From a virus (taxonomy: Duplodnaviria > Caudoviricetes), in IMG/VR virus record IMGVR_UViG_3300020043_005694, positions 1 through 41,566 of that record: a stretch of DNA of 41,566 nucleotides. One strand, given 5' to 3'. Positions 15,121 through 25,012 of this stretch are shown here, piece after piece (within the stretch, counting starts at the first letter, position 1; every line of letters begins with the position of its first letter). The notes beneath the pieces are model-generated. The model was not told the origin of the DNA. It did no database searches and was given only the letters and a program-made list of their open reading frames with translations. A program made the translations under genes and the position numbers.

Positions 15121-15431
15121 TATTTAATTGAGGCTATCAGGTATTCTTTGTAGTTTCGTTTACCGACATTTATTGGTTCGTCTAGTATGTGCCGGTACTT
15201 GTATTTGTTTGGAGCAACTTTTTTATTGATTTTAATATCAAACTCTTCGTGGCTTAACACTGGTTTTCCTACTTCTATATTAAATCGTTTACACCAGTGA
15301 ATGACTGTCGAATGGTCTTTATTGTAAGCTTTTCCTATAACAGGGTACGAGACACCTTGAGAACGTAAAATGAGCATTTGGTAAATAAACACTTGGTCAT
15401 CCTTAGTGTATCTGTTAGCTTTTTTACGCAT
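15120..15431 (-). CDS. HTH protein resembling the DnaA domain IV recognition motif (start revised)
   Basis: SYPVIGKAYNKDHSTVIHW versus DnaA-type SLPEIGxxFGGRDHTTVLHA. Confidence 0.7.
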   Translation of the reverse strand: MRKKANRYTKDDQVFIYQMLILRSQGVSYPVIGKAYNKDHSTVIHWCKRFNIEVGKPVLSHEEFDIKINKKVAPNKYKYRHILDEPINVGKRNYKEYLIASIK

Positions 15432-15438
15432 TGTAAGA

Positions 15439-15606
15439 CTACTTATTACGTAATCCTGTCCATGATAAGCCACCTGCTCGATAGCGGCCATAGAGAGCTA
15501 CCCCCGCAACGATAAGTACGATTGCTGCGTTGACCACTGATTCAGCATTTTCTACACCTAGGTAGGTAAGGATTGCTACAGCGATGTATGTGATTGAAAT
15601 CGGCAT
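15439..15606 (-). CDS. Holin-like membrane protein, 55 aa (not in ORF track)
   Basis: Two hydrophobic helices, basic tail YGRYRAGGLSWTGLRNK, starts 1 nt after the endolysin stop. Confidence 0.7.
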   Translation of the reverse strand: MPISITYIAVAILTYLGVENAESVVNAAIVLIVAGVALYGRYRAGGLSWTGLRNK

Positions 15607-15607
15607 A

Positions 15608-16123
15608 TTATTTAAATCGTCGTTTAGTTATTAAGTTGGCTAGTTGAGCCTTTAACTGATTGACGCGAACCGTAAGAGAAAATATCTGGTAGTTCACCAT
15701 AAAGTAATCGTCTTTAAGGAGTTTACCGTGGCAAGTCTTAGTTGCGTATTTTCGGTGAGGATATGTAGGGATATTAGGGTACTGTTTCAGTAACGCTCCG
15801 TAAACATTGTACCACGCCGCCATTTGTGCAGGGGTGGGGATAGTCACATCAAAGTTACCAGAAAAGCACACACCGATAGATTTTGTATTCATTCCGATAG
15901 CATGAGCACCTTCTTCGTCATGTTGTCTAGTTTGTGTAATCTTACCGTCTTTTTCTATAACGTAATGATATCCCACATGGTATCCGGCACGAGAGGTAAA
16001 CCCAGGCCAACGTAATTTATGCCATGAGTCAATCATTGAGACAGTAGCATTAGAACTATCAGATAAGGGCTGGGAGTCACTACCGCCAGTATGGTGGGTA
16101 ATTACGACGGTTGGTGTATTCAT
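15608..16123 (-). CDS. Endolysin, N-acetylmuramoyl-L-alanine amidase (Amidase_2)
   Basis: HHT, VGYHYVI, GAHA, SIGVCFSGNF, PHR...KTCHG. Confidence 0.9.
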   Translation of the reverse strand: MNTPTVVITHHTGGSDSQPLSDSSNATVSMIDSWHKLRWPGFTSRAGYHVGYHYVIEKDGKITQTRQHDEEGAHAIGMNTKSIGVCFSGNFDVTIPTPAQMAAWYNVYGALLKQYPNIPTYPHRKYATKTCHGKLLKDDYFMVNYQIFSLTVRVNQLKAQLANLITKRRFK

Positions 16124-16428
16124 AGAAATAGTTTATTAAAAATATCTTTACCAAAGAGACTAATGAAAAGAATAAACCCACTCCAAGTGCTAATAATAAT
16201 TTTATTAAAAGACTTAAGAGCTTCTACTTTTTCTGTCAGTATTTTTACTTCATCTTCTAAGGTAACAACTTGGGTCTTAAGGTCTTTAATTTTTTCGTCA
16301 CGACCAGCACTGGCTTCGTGGATAGTGTTGAGGAGCAGTTCTTGTTTACTAACAGCAGTAGCCAGGCTATCTATTTTACCGAGCACCTGTATTAGCATTT
16401 CCTTGGGAGAGAAGTTGTCATCTGTCAT
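16120..16428 (-). CDS. Coiled-coil protein with C-terminal membrane helix (lysis-associated)
   Basis: Heptad repeats then IIISTWSGFILFISLF; coupled to the endolysin. Confidence 0.65.
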   Translation of the reverse strand: MTDDNFSPKEMLIQVLGKIDSLATAVSKQELLLNTIHEASAGRDEKIKDLKTQVVTLEDEVKILTEKVEALKSFNKIIISTWSGFILFISLFGKDIFNKLFL

Positions 16429-16432
16429 GTAC

Positions 16433-16461
16433 TTGCAGTATTATTATATATGGTATATCAT
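16433..16461 (+). promoter_or_regulatory. Promoter TTGCAG-N17-TATCAT
   Basis: Correct spacing; ATG 8 nt after the -10 (near-leaderless). Confidence 0.6.
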
Positions 16462-16469
16462 GTCAGTAT

Positions 16470-16736
16470 ATGACATTTGAAAATAAAGTATTCGTTGGAG
16501 GTTTGGGGGTACTGGCGGTATGTCTACTACTCGTTGCAGTAGGACTTGCAACTAATAATACCGTACTGCTAGTTGCATTACCGTGGGTTTTGTGGCTCTG
16601 TTTCCACAACCGTATTACAAAGACAATCGCTATTGCGACTCTCCTGGGTCTCCTGGGTAGTGTTGCGCTTGGAGTACCCCTAGGGCTGCTCCTGTTTGCA
16701 GTAACGATGGTCGCTTTCTGGTACGCTTGGATTTAA
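16470..16736 (+). CDS. Hydrophobic multi-pass membrane protein, antisense to the late arm
   Basis: 88 aa almost all hydrophobic; own promoter. Confidence 0.6.
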   Translation: MTFENKVFVGGLGVLAVCLLLVAVGLATNNTVLLVALPWVLWLCFHNRITKTIAIATLLGLLGSVALGVPLGLLLFAVTMVAFWYAWI

Positions 16737-18483
16737 GTTTACCAATCACTGACTTGCCTGAACCTGAGATTGCTCGGTTAGAAATAGCCCTTCCCGCTGC
16801 GGCACCAATACCTGGAATACCCATAGACTGACCAACTGCTTCTCCAGCTACCGTACTCATGTCTCCTGAGCGACGGCCTACCATTGCTCGAAAACCTGGT
16901 CGTTCAGTTACTGAACGCTGGTCTAAAAACTCCAATGCTTCCTTAGCTCGTATCTTGGTAGCCATATCAAAGTTAATATCTGCAATATCTTTGATACCTT
17001 TTTGTTTAGCAAAGTCTTCGATAACATCCATAAACACATCACCGATTTGGTAACGTACGTCTGCGGTTAGTTTAGGTGAATTAAAATTAACAGCTTCACG
17101 AATACCCCGTTTCATCGGGTTAAGCTGTGACATTGCTACTCGTGGGCCGATATTAGTTTCGTAGTCGTCAAATATTTTGTTAGCTTTTTTAATCGCAGAA
17201 GCTACTTCACCACGGTTGGCAAACTCTTTAGCTAACCTCTCGTTAACTAACTGTCTCAATACAGGAATAGGAAGTTCGTCAGGTACATTAGCTAATCTTT
17301 GGTCTAACAAATCATCGTCAATTTTAATACTTTCATCCAAACGATTCATGGCTCCCGTCGCACTGTATCGTGGGATACCTTGTGGGTCATTAATAACATC
17401 AGGTAAGAAGTCACCATCTACAATAGTATCTACGGGGTCTACCATCTTACCTTTTAGCTTTTGAGCCGTAAGCACAGCACCTGCTTTAGACGGGGCGGAT
17501 GCACCAGATGCACGCAGTTCAGCTTTAGCAGCATCTTCAACTGATTTAACAAAACCTGTCTTAGCGGCACCAGCACGAGCAGCGTCACCTACCATACCCA
17601 TACCAGTACGGGCGGCCTTAAAGATGGGAATAACCGATACGATATTTCCAATCGCTCCGATGTTTTTAGCGGCTTCTGGATGCTCGGTAGCAAAGGTTTG
17701 CCACTCAGAAGCGATATTCTTACCACCAAGACCTTCAAGGAGCGGAGCAACTACTTTCTTACCTACAAAATCCATTGCTGCGCTATAGCCCCCAAACGTC
17801 GCTAGGTCGAGTCCTTTGTCTACAAGGTCAATAGCACCACCTGCGAGTGCTCCAGCGGTCTGGAGGCCACCTGAAGCGATTTGAGACACATCTCCTTCAG
17901 CGACTCCGGTTGAGAGTTTACCAAGAGCCTCACTACCTTGAGCCAGGCGGTTGTTTAACTTAGATGGTTCCTGTGGTGCTTGGTACGGGGCAGTTCCTAA
18001 TTGAGCTAATACACCTTCATCTTCCGGACGAGGGACAGAGGTTTGGAACTGAGTACTACCAATCGGAGCAGCTTGACCACCGCCTCCTTTGAGTTCGTTG
18101 TAGTGCTGACTTACTTTTTGTACATACGCAGGTACGTCATAGGCTACCCCTTGTTTATTAGTACCTTTAAAACCCTCCTTGTAGGCTTCTGCCTTACCGG
18201 AGTTCCACATGGAAGCAATCTGTGCTGGGTTATACCCCTGGTCTTTCAACTCTTTAATCCGTGAGTAGGCTACCTTATTCTGATTCTCTACTGAGTATTC
18301 AGCGTTAGGTTGTTGAAGATACTGTCCAGACCACTGTTTCCAAGTGTCGGGCATAAACTGATAGGCTCCAGTTTCTCCGGAAGCTCCACGAGCGTTGTAG
18401 GGGTCAGCTAAACCACCGGTTTCAGCCCGGCGGATTGCCTTAGCAAGATTTAAAGCTTGGGGGTCTAGTTGATTTGGTTGCAT
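16630..18483 (-). CDS. DNA-ejection protein with N-terminal lytic transglycosylase domain (start revised)
   Basis: AIRRAETGG...GAYQFMPDTW...WNSG...YVQKV; ATG 1 nt after the upstream stop. Confidence 0.8.
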   Translation of the reverse strand: MQPNQLDPQALNLAKAIRRAETGGLADPYNARGASGETGAYQFMPDTWKQWSGQYLQQPNAEYSVENQNKVAYSRIKELKDQGYNPAQIASMWNSGKAEAYKEGFKGTNKQGVAYDVPAYVQKVSQHYNELKGGGGQAAPIGSTQFQTSVPRPEDEGVLAQLGTAPYQAPQEPSKLNNRLAQGSEALGKLSTGVAEGDVSQIASGGLQTAGALAGGAIDLVDKGLDLATFGGYSAAMDFVGKKVVAPLLEGLGGKNIASEWQTFATEHPEAAKNIGAIGNIVSVIPIFKAARTGMGMVGDAARAGAAKTGFVKSVEDAAKAELRASGASAPSKAGAVLTAQKLKGKMVDPVDTIVDGDFLPDVINDPQGIPRYSATGAMNRLDESIKIDDDLLDQRLANVPDELPIPVLRQLVNERLAKEFANRGEVASAIKKANKIFDDYETNIGPRVAMSQLNPMKRGIREAVNFNSPKLTADVRYQIGDVFMDVIEDFAKQKGIKDIADINFDMATKIRAKEALEFLDQRSVTERPGFRAMVGRRSGDMSTVAGEAVGQSMGIPGIGAAAGRAISNRAISGSGKSVIGKLKSKRTRKRPSLLQTGAALGVLQAQHYPGDPGESQ

Positions 18484-18484
18484 G

Positions 18485-20266
18485 TTACCACTGTTCAGCA
18501 AAGCTGTTACCTCCTCCACTTCCACCTTGGTTTGAATAAGCACCAATCTGTTGGTTGTATGAAGATACTGTGTTACTAATGAGCGATTTCATAGTGCGTT
18601 CAACTTCCTGCAAAGCTCCTAGTGACACCGTGTCAGGTATCTTTTCAGCGGCCATAGCTTGTGTTGCGTCAGTTGGCGTACCACCACCGAGGATAGCAGC
18701 GTACTGTGAACGAACGGTCTGGAGGCCAGAACGGAACGCTACTACATCTTGGTCAGAGGTGAGTCCTCGGCTAATACCTTGAGCAAGCTGGTTCAAAACC
18801 GGCTGATTAAGGTCGTTAATTTGGCCTCGTTTAGCGATATCCAGGATAAGATTAAAGTTAGCGTCAGCGGCGTTACCAACTGTTTGAAGCTGTGATACTT
18901 GCTGAGTGAGAGTTCCTGCTGCACCAAGTTGTTGTGCCCCGATGTATGAGCTCGCTCCGGCAGTACCGAAGGCTCCACGTTGGTAGGTTGGTGAGCCTTG
19001 AATGGCTTGTTGGATGCGTTGTAAGTTCTGTTCTGGGCTGAGGTTGGCATCGTATTGCACTCCAGCGTCAGGGTATTGACCAGCGAGTTCAATAGCTTGC
19101 TGTGCGGCGTTGTAACCAGCGTAACCACCAAGACCAGCCCCGCCAGCTGATTGACCAGTAGTAGGGTTAATGAATTGGTTACTGTATGGAACCTGTACAG
19201 GCTGTGCGAGATTACCTGCGTTAGAGAGTCCTGTAACTCCGGTCTGCTGCTGAGTGAGAGAAGCCTGTAGTGAAGGGTCAAGACCTTGCAGGGTTTGTTC
19301 CTGAGCAGTTAATTGCTGTTCAGTTCCCTTGAGAGCAGCAGCTTGACCTTGAGCAAGAGCAGCCATACGTGATGAAGCTGATTGTGAAGCAATGGCGGCG
19401 TTACCTGAACCAACAACATTAGAGCCAGTAGAGAGGTTTCCCGCTACAGCTCCAGCACCGAGTTGACCTACGCGGTTAATCTCTGCACCGTATTGTTCTG
19501 AGATACGAGCAGCATTATCAGCGATAGCTCTGTTACCACGAGCTACTTCTTCCATTTCCTTACGGACACGGTTCTGTTCTTCATTGCTGGTAGATACGTT
19601 ACGAAGGTCGTTTAGGACTCCAGCAAAGGGGTCATTTTGAGTTCCTGTAGTTGCTCCGCCACTAGCTTGTGCTCGTTCAGCAGCGCGTTTTGCGTCTAAC
19701 TGTGATTGTAGTCCCGTCATTTGACCAGTAAGAGCAGCAATTTGCTGTTCACGGGATGGAGTTGTTGCTGGGTTTGTTTGATTAGATGTGGCTGTATTAA
19801 CTACACCTGAGCCAGTCATTCCATTTTGTGATGACTGGTTACGTAAGTTAGATAGTCCAATAGACCCGTACTGAGGAAGGTTTAAGTTTAGACTGTTTGA
19901 AGAACCAACTTGGCCTTTTCCACCAATGGCAGTTTGAGCTTGCTGTTGTAAATCTTGAGTAGTAGGAAGCCTAGAAGGAAGGGTGCCAGTAAGAGCACTC
20001 ATACCTGGGTTAACAGTACCACCACGGCTTGTATTACCAGATACAGTAAGAGGACTCTTAAAATTAGAACTATTCATCGCTTGAGTGTTGGCCCATGCGT
20101 TATAACCACTCTTAACTCCAGCTGCTGCTGGGCCACTAAACGAAGTAGGGTTAGTCGGTGCCTTTGGAGGTGTAAACTTTTTTGGTACACCAAGAGATGC
20201 AGGACTCATTCCCTGTATAGCGTTCTTCCAGCTTTGCGAAACTTGATTAGATTTAATTTGAGCCAT
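18485..20266 (-). CDS. Probable internal virion/ejection protein
   Basis: Q/A/G/S/N-rich, at the end of the tail genes. Confidence 0.65.
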   Translation of the reverse strand: MAQIKSNQVSQSWKNAIQGMSPASLGVPKKFTPPKAPTNPTSFSGPAAAGVKSGYNAWANTQAMNSSNFKSPLTVSGNTSRGGTVNPGMSALTGTLPSRLPTTQDLQQQAQTAIGGKGQVGSSNSLNLNLPQYGSIGLSNLRNQSSQNGMTGSGVVNTATSNQTNPATTPSREQQIAALTGQMTGLQSQLDAKRAAERAQASGGATTGTQNDPFAGVLNDLRNVSTSNEEQNRVRKEMEEVARGNRAIADNAARISEQYGAEINRVGQLGAGAVAGNLSTGSNVVGSGNAAIASQSASSRMAALAQGQAAALKGTEQQLTAQEQTLQGLDPSLQASLTQQQTGVTGLSNAGNLAQPVQVPYSNQFINPTTGQSAGGAGLGGYAGYNAAQQAIELAGQYPDAGVQYDANLSPEQNLQRIQQAIQGSPTYQRGAFGTAGASSYIGAQQLGAAGTLTQQVSQLQTVGNAADANFNLILDIAKRGQINDLNQPVLNQLAQGISRGLTSDQDVVAFRSGLQTVRSQYAAILGGGTPTDATQAMAAEKIPDTVSLGALQEVERTMKSLISNTVSSYNQQIGAYSNQGGSGGGNSFAEQW

Positions 20267-20275
20267 ATATAATGA

Positions 20276-21394
20276 TTAAGAGGTACCCATCCAAAATAGA
20301 TTAGGATTCCTTGGAATAGGTTGCGGGCCTAAGTCTACGTTAACACTTTTAGTTCCAGCATAGTCTTCAAGGAGTGTTAGGCGTTCATCGTAGAGCGTTT
20401 TGAACTTTTTAAAGTTACTGTCGTTACTGACGATGGATGAGAAGTAGGTTTGTAATGCTCCATAAACAAGCATATCGTGGAAATCTTCTTGGAGTAAGGG
20501 GAGTTGTCCAATGATATAAGCGGAAGCTGTCGTACTAAAGACGTTTTGGATTGGAGAAGCTAGGAGTACGTCAGTGTCAGATGTGAACCGTAAGATTGGG
20601 TACCACAAACCATCACCAGACGGAGGGGTGATTTTAATAGCGAGGTTGAAGAACGATAGGTCAGTGTTGATTGGGTAGGTTCCTGTAGTGTTCCAGGCTG
20701 TTGTTGTACCTGTAATCTGGTTATCTCCGACTGCAAGACTAGAGAGTGTACCAGTTGAATAATCCGCAAAGGTTAAATCAGGTACACGGGCTTTATAATT
20801 AAAGTTAATTACTTGACCAGAGCTAGAAGGAATCGGCCAAAACTGTACTTGGTTTTGGTAGATGAAGTAGTAGTTCGGGATGTTTGAGGTGTACGGTAGA
20901 GAGTTAATCATTGTCCACTCCTGGATAGTCCGTACTGGAGCTGGAGTAAATTGAAGCTGACCTACAGAGATAGTGTTGTTTTTAATCTTTGAGATAGATG
21001 CTGGGATTGGGTAGGCTTGTACACCAATAGTTGAGATAGCGGTGGTAGTACACGCTGAAGTGAGTGGTGGTTGCCAGGTGATAGCGGTAGAGCCTTGACT
21101 AAACTTTACATTACGTTGTTCTGAGTTATCAAAAGTAACTAACTGCTGTACGGTCTGGTTAGTCCAGGCGGTAGAAAGAGTAGCTGAAGTAGCTGCATTA
21201 GCGGGTGCAATAGTCACAGTCAAATCCTCTGCTCCAATCGTGAGGGTAGAGTAGGTGCGTTCATTATCAAAATACTTCTGTACCAAGTAGCGGTGCTGGT
21301 CACTAATAAGCTGACCCATGAGTGATGAGTTAGCTGAGGTAGTGTTGTTTGAAAGATTGGTAGCTAGGTTAACTAATTGGGTAAAAGTTTTCAT
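20276..21394 (-). CDS. Probable head-tail adaptor/tail tubular protein with inserted beta domains
   Basis: MKTFTQLV start, PNYYFI..FWPIP, EDFHDMLVYGAL: pattern of podoviral adaptor proteins. Confidence 0.6.
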   Translation of the reverse strand: MKTFTQLVNLATNLSNNTTSANSSLMGQLISDQHRYLVQKYFDNERTYSTLTIGAEDLTVTIAPANAATSATLSTAWTNQTVQQLVTFDNSEQRNVKFSQGSTAITWQPPLTSACTTTAISTIGVQAYPIPASISKIKNNTISVGQLQFTPAPVRTIQEWTMINSLPYTSNIPNYYFIYQNQVQFWPIPSSSGQVINFNYKARVPDLTFADYSTGTLSSLAVGDNQITGTTTAWNTTGTYPINTDLSFFNLAIKITPPSGDGLWYPILRFTSDTDVLLASPIQNVFSTTASAYIIGQLPLLQEDFHDMLVYGALQTYFSSIVSNDSNFKKFKTLYDERLTLLEDYAGTKSVNVDLGPQPIPRNPNLFWMGTS

Positions 21395-21395
21395 A

Positions 21396-22061
21396 TTATG
21401 TGATTACATAGTTAACTATAATCCTCCAGTTTGTTTCGAGGTATGGCACATATAGTTTTACACTTGTTTTACTAAAATCTACTACAGTTACACGGGCTCG
21501 AATATCAGAGATGGCGCTACCGACGTATACGTCTACGAGGTGGTCTTCACTCACACCTGCCTTAAACTCGTCATTTGGGTCGTCACAATACATAAAGCTA
21601 CTACCCTGAATAGGTACAGTTTTGTCTGTGCCATCAGGTTGGGCGGTTGGAAAAGGATACTCTGGCCCACCCATTTTAACTGAACGAGAAGACTCTGGCT
21701 GGAGATAAAATCCGTTAGTTAATTGAGCAGAACCAATAGTATGACATCTAATACCATCTGTTACCTGGTCAGTAACTACTCCATAGGCAAGTATATTAGA
21801 GGGAGTAAAATTACTTGTAAGATTTATGGTATAAGTAGCACCCTGCGTACCCATAGTGATTGAACCGGCTGTATTCAAACTAGGCACAATATTCTCCTGT
21901 TTAATCTGCAAGCTATCTACTCCATTATGGGAATGGTTGGGAATGGAGTTAATTTGAAAACGGCTCGCTCCTTGAGAACGCTTTAATTCTTCTTGAACTA
22001 TCCGTCGGATAGAACTTTCACTTATTCCTTTATTGCTACCTTGGTAATCTAACTGTCCCAT
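21396..22061 (-). CDS. Virion structural protein
   Basis: HSHNG motif, position in the tail cluster. Confidence 0.55.
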   Translation of the reverse strand: MGQLDYQGSNKGISESSIRRIVQEELKRSQGASRFQINSIPNHSHNGVDSLQIKQENIVPSLNTAGSITMGTQGATYTINLTSNFTPSNILAYGVVTDQVTDGIRCHTIGSAQLTNGFYLQPESSRSVKMGGPEYPFPTAQPDGTDKTVPIQGSSFMYCDDPNDEFKAGVSEDHLVDVYVGSAISDIRARVTVVDFSKTSVKLYVPYLETNWRIIVNYVIT

Positions 22062-22062
22062 A

Positions 22063-25008
22063 TTAGCGGAGCATTATTTGTGCCAGGCGGACAAATGACG
22101 ATGCAGTTGTGCCACTTGTAGTCACTACAGCGCGGAATTGAATCCACTGGGTCTTCTGAAAAGCCATTTCGTAGTAGCCAGAAATAGGGAAGGTAGTCTC
22201 AGTATTGGCAGTACCACAACTTGTCCAGGCAGATGTACTATCGAGTCGGTAGTACAATTGTACACTATCACCAGATTGCAAGGCTGTAGAGAGTTTATAT
22301 TCAAGTTGAGTATAGGTATCCTTTGAGAGAATGGTTCCGGTTGGGATTAAGTCAGTCTCTATAACGTAGGTTGTTACTGGCACTGTTCCTGTGCCGTCAA
22401 TACCAAAACTAGATGTACCAGTAGAGTAGCTATCCTGCCACGCTGCCCAGTATTGCGGGGAAGTTACATCTTGTTCTAAGGCTGGGAGGATAATAGTCGC
22501 GTAACCATCGTAATCACCGTATGACTGTTGGTTTTCGAGGCGTAGTGCCATACCAACCTCCTGTGATGGGTCGATGTTCTGTGATGGAATAAATGACCAG
22601 ATACCACCACAGTTACCCGCTTTCGTAGCAGTTTGGTCGAGGATTGAGAAGTACACCCGGCCACGGATATAGTCAGCATCACCCCAAGTAAAGAGGGGTT
22701 CGATGTAAGTAAGTGGGGTTCCTGGTACACCAGCACAGTAGTCAGGCACCTTTAAGGCAAGAGAAGCCACACTGTTGTTCGTGATGTAGACGTTACCTTT
22801 GTTACCCGCAAAGACATAGCCCATGTTGTTAACATTCACGATTACCTTAATATCATTTTCAGGTAGGGCAATAAAGTCAGATGGTATCGCATCTATCTGG
22901 TTCCAAGGGTAAATAAGATTAGTACGGCCTCCAATAAGAACTGTGTTACCTACTTCGGCGAGACACTGAGCTGTTTCATTAGCTGGGAGGTTTACACGCT
23001 GGGTACTTAATTGAACGAGAGGTTCACTACCTCCTGCTCCTGAAATAGAACCAAATGGCCAAAACGTAGTAAAGTACTGAGTTCCTATAGCTCCTGTGTC
23101 TAATGTTTTAGGAGAAAAACCAGTTAAAGTAGTGTAGGCGATAAAAGTGCCAGCATCTACATTATAATCTAAGTAATACACTGTCCCAATTATCACATTG
23201 GTAGGTTGCGTTCCATAGACATCAGTAAAGAACACTACAGGAATACGTGTCCCGTCTGGTGAATAAGGAAGCGAACCAGCAATAATTGAACTAATAGTCC
23301 CCGTAGTGCCACTAGCTGTATACGTGCACATTGATTGAATATTGGCGATACTTGTAACTAGTGATGTGGTAGCAAATACTTCACCAATATAGTTACCATC
23401 GCAGTAGTACACCTTACCCTGATTACTTTGTATGGCTGGTTTACGGCTAGTTGGGAATACTTCGTTCATTCCAGAACCAAGAAGTACCGAGAGAATAGTG
23501 CCTAAATTAACTGTTGGTTTAGCAAAGATAAACAGAAGTCCAGTATGTAATAACATTCCGTTCAGGGTGGAAATTCCAGTGATACCAAATGTACTATAGC
23601 TCATTGGGTCAGGCAACATCCACTGTGTTCCATATGTGCCATAAATAGCCGTATCCCACAACCATACGTATCCATTAACATCTAAAATGTAATAGCGGTA
23701 TTCCGTAGTAGTAGCCGTAGTGTACTTTTCTACACATTTAGCAATCATACTATTAGGTACAGCCACCGTACTAAAGGTGATAGAGCCTGTAGTTCCATGA
23801 GTTAAAGCGTTGGCTCCTGTTGGGTCAAATTTAGAAGAAAGTTTATATGTAGTACCACTTTTATATGAAACGTAGTATTGGTTTGTTTTAGGTAGAGCAA
23901 GTACTCGAAATGCTCCACTCTCATTAAAAGTATGGATAGTATTTGTATTGGTATAAGTAATAATCCCTCCAATAGCTATACACGTTCCAGTTACATATGA
24001 AACAATTACAACTCCTGAACCTCCATCACCACCTTCATACGTGCCAGAATCGCCACCGGCTCCACCACCTCCTCCTCCCGTGTTAGCTGTACCTGCTGTA
24101 CCTGCTGCGGCTTCACCACCAGCACCGCCACCACCTAAACCAGCAGAACCAGCAGGGTAGATACCCCCTTCGTATCCGCCCCCACCACCACCTCCGTAAT
24201 AAGTACCAGCAACTCCAGAAATAGAGCTTTGAACACCGTCACCACCGTCACCACCAGCACCAGTAGTCCAATTAGCTCCAGCAGCCCCAGCACCACCACC
24301 ACCACCACCTCCGGCTGTAGTCGCAGAACCATCACCACCGTCATTTCCAGCAGTAGCAGTTCCACCAACACCAGCAGTGGTTGAATTACCACCACCACCT
24401 CCGGCTGAACCTCCTGCCCGGCCATCAATATAAGAACCACTAGAAGAACCTCCTCCACCACCTCCTACAGCCGTATCAATACCAGCTATAGATGATGAAG
24501 TACCATCATCGATTGACGAGACAATTGTATTTGAAGAAGCATCACCACCTTCACCTACAGTAACCGCATACGTACCTACCGCGATACTAGTTGACGATTC
24601 AATGACTTCACCGGCACCACCACCACCACCGGCTGCACTTGTACCAGATACAGTACCACCAGCACCACCGCCACCCACAATTAAGTAGTCAACCGATACT
24701 GTAGTAGGAGTAGTAGTTGTAGAGATAGACGTAACACTAGACGCTGTGACGTTAATCCACTGCCCTACTTGTAGATTAGACGGGCCAGTAAAGTTAGTAG
24801 CCCCGTCAGGAGTCAATGTTCCATCAGTAATAGCTAAGGGTTGTTGGGCTACACGGGTATACGAAGCTAGTACTTCACCTGAAAGAGTAGCAATGTTAGC
24901 GTTCTGAATATTAGCGGTTCCTTTAGTTGGAGATGGGGCAATACCAAACTCAACACCATCGTAAATGATGTCCTGTCCTTCATCGGTTTCTTGGTTGCGC
25001 CAGCTCAT
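22063..25008 (-). CDS. Large tail (nozzle-like) protein with inserted glycine-rich domain
   Basis: 981 aa; VDYLIVGGGG...GGSGVVIVSY domain; beta-rich remainder. Confidence 0.7.
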   Translation of the reverse strand: MSWRNQETDEGQDIIYDGVEFGIAPSPTKGTANIQNANIATLSGEVLASYTRVAQQPLAITDGTLTPDGATNFTGPSNLQVGQWINVTASSVTSISTTTTPTTVSVDYLIVGGGGAGGTVSGTSAAGGGGGAGEVIESSTSIAVGTYAVTVGEGGDASSNTIVSSIDDGTSSSIAGIDTAVGGGGGGSSSGSYIDGRAGGSAGGGGGNSTTAGVGGTATAGNDGGDGSATTAGGGGGGGAGAAGANWTTGAGGDGGDGVQSSISGVAGTYYGGGGGGGYEGGIYPAGSAGLGGGGAGGEAAAGTAGTANTGGGGGGAGGDSGTYEGGDGGSGVVIVSYVTGTCIAIGGIITYTNTNTIHTFNESGAFRVLALPKTNQYYVSYKSGTTYKLSSKFDPTGANALTHGTTGSITFSTVAVPNSMIAKCVEKYTTATTTEYRYYILDVNGYVWLWDTAIYGTYGTQWMLPDPMSYSTFGITGISTLNGMLLHTGLLFIFAKPTVNLGTILSVLLGSGMNEVFPTSRKPAIQSNQGKVYYCDGNYIGEVFATTSLVTSIANIQSMCTYTASGTTGTISSIIAGSLPYSPDGTRIPVVFFTDVYGTQPTNVIIGTVYYLDYNVDAGTFIAYTTLTGFSPKTLDTGAIGTQYFTTFWPFGSISGAGGSEPLVQLSTQRVNLPANETAQCLAEVGNTVLIGGRTNLIYPWNQIDAIPSDFIALPENDIKVIVNVNNMGYVFAGNKGNVYITNNSVASLALKVPDYCAGVPGTPLTYIEPLFTWGDADYIRGRVYFSILDQTATKAGNCGGIWSFIPSQNIDPSQEVGMALRLENQQSYGDYDGYATIILPALEQDVTSPQYWAAWQDSYSTGTSSFGIDGTGTVPVTTYVIETDLIPTGTILSKDTYTQLEYKLSTALQSGDSVQLYYRLDSTSAWTSCGTANTETTFPISGYYEMAFQKTQWIQFRAVVTTSGTTASSFVRLAQIMLR

Positions 25009-25012
25009 ATAA

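Noticed and set aside
24040-24680. ACC/GCC-rich repeats as a DNA repeat element or DGR target
   Set aside because: Explained by poly-Gly codons; no reverse transcriptase or template/variable repeat pair seen
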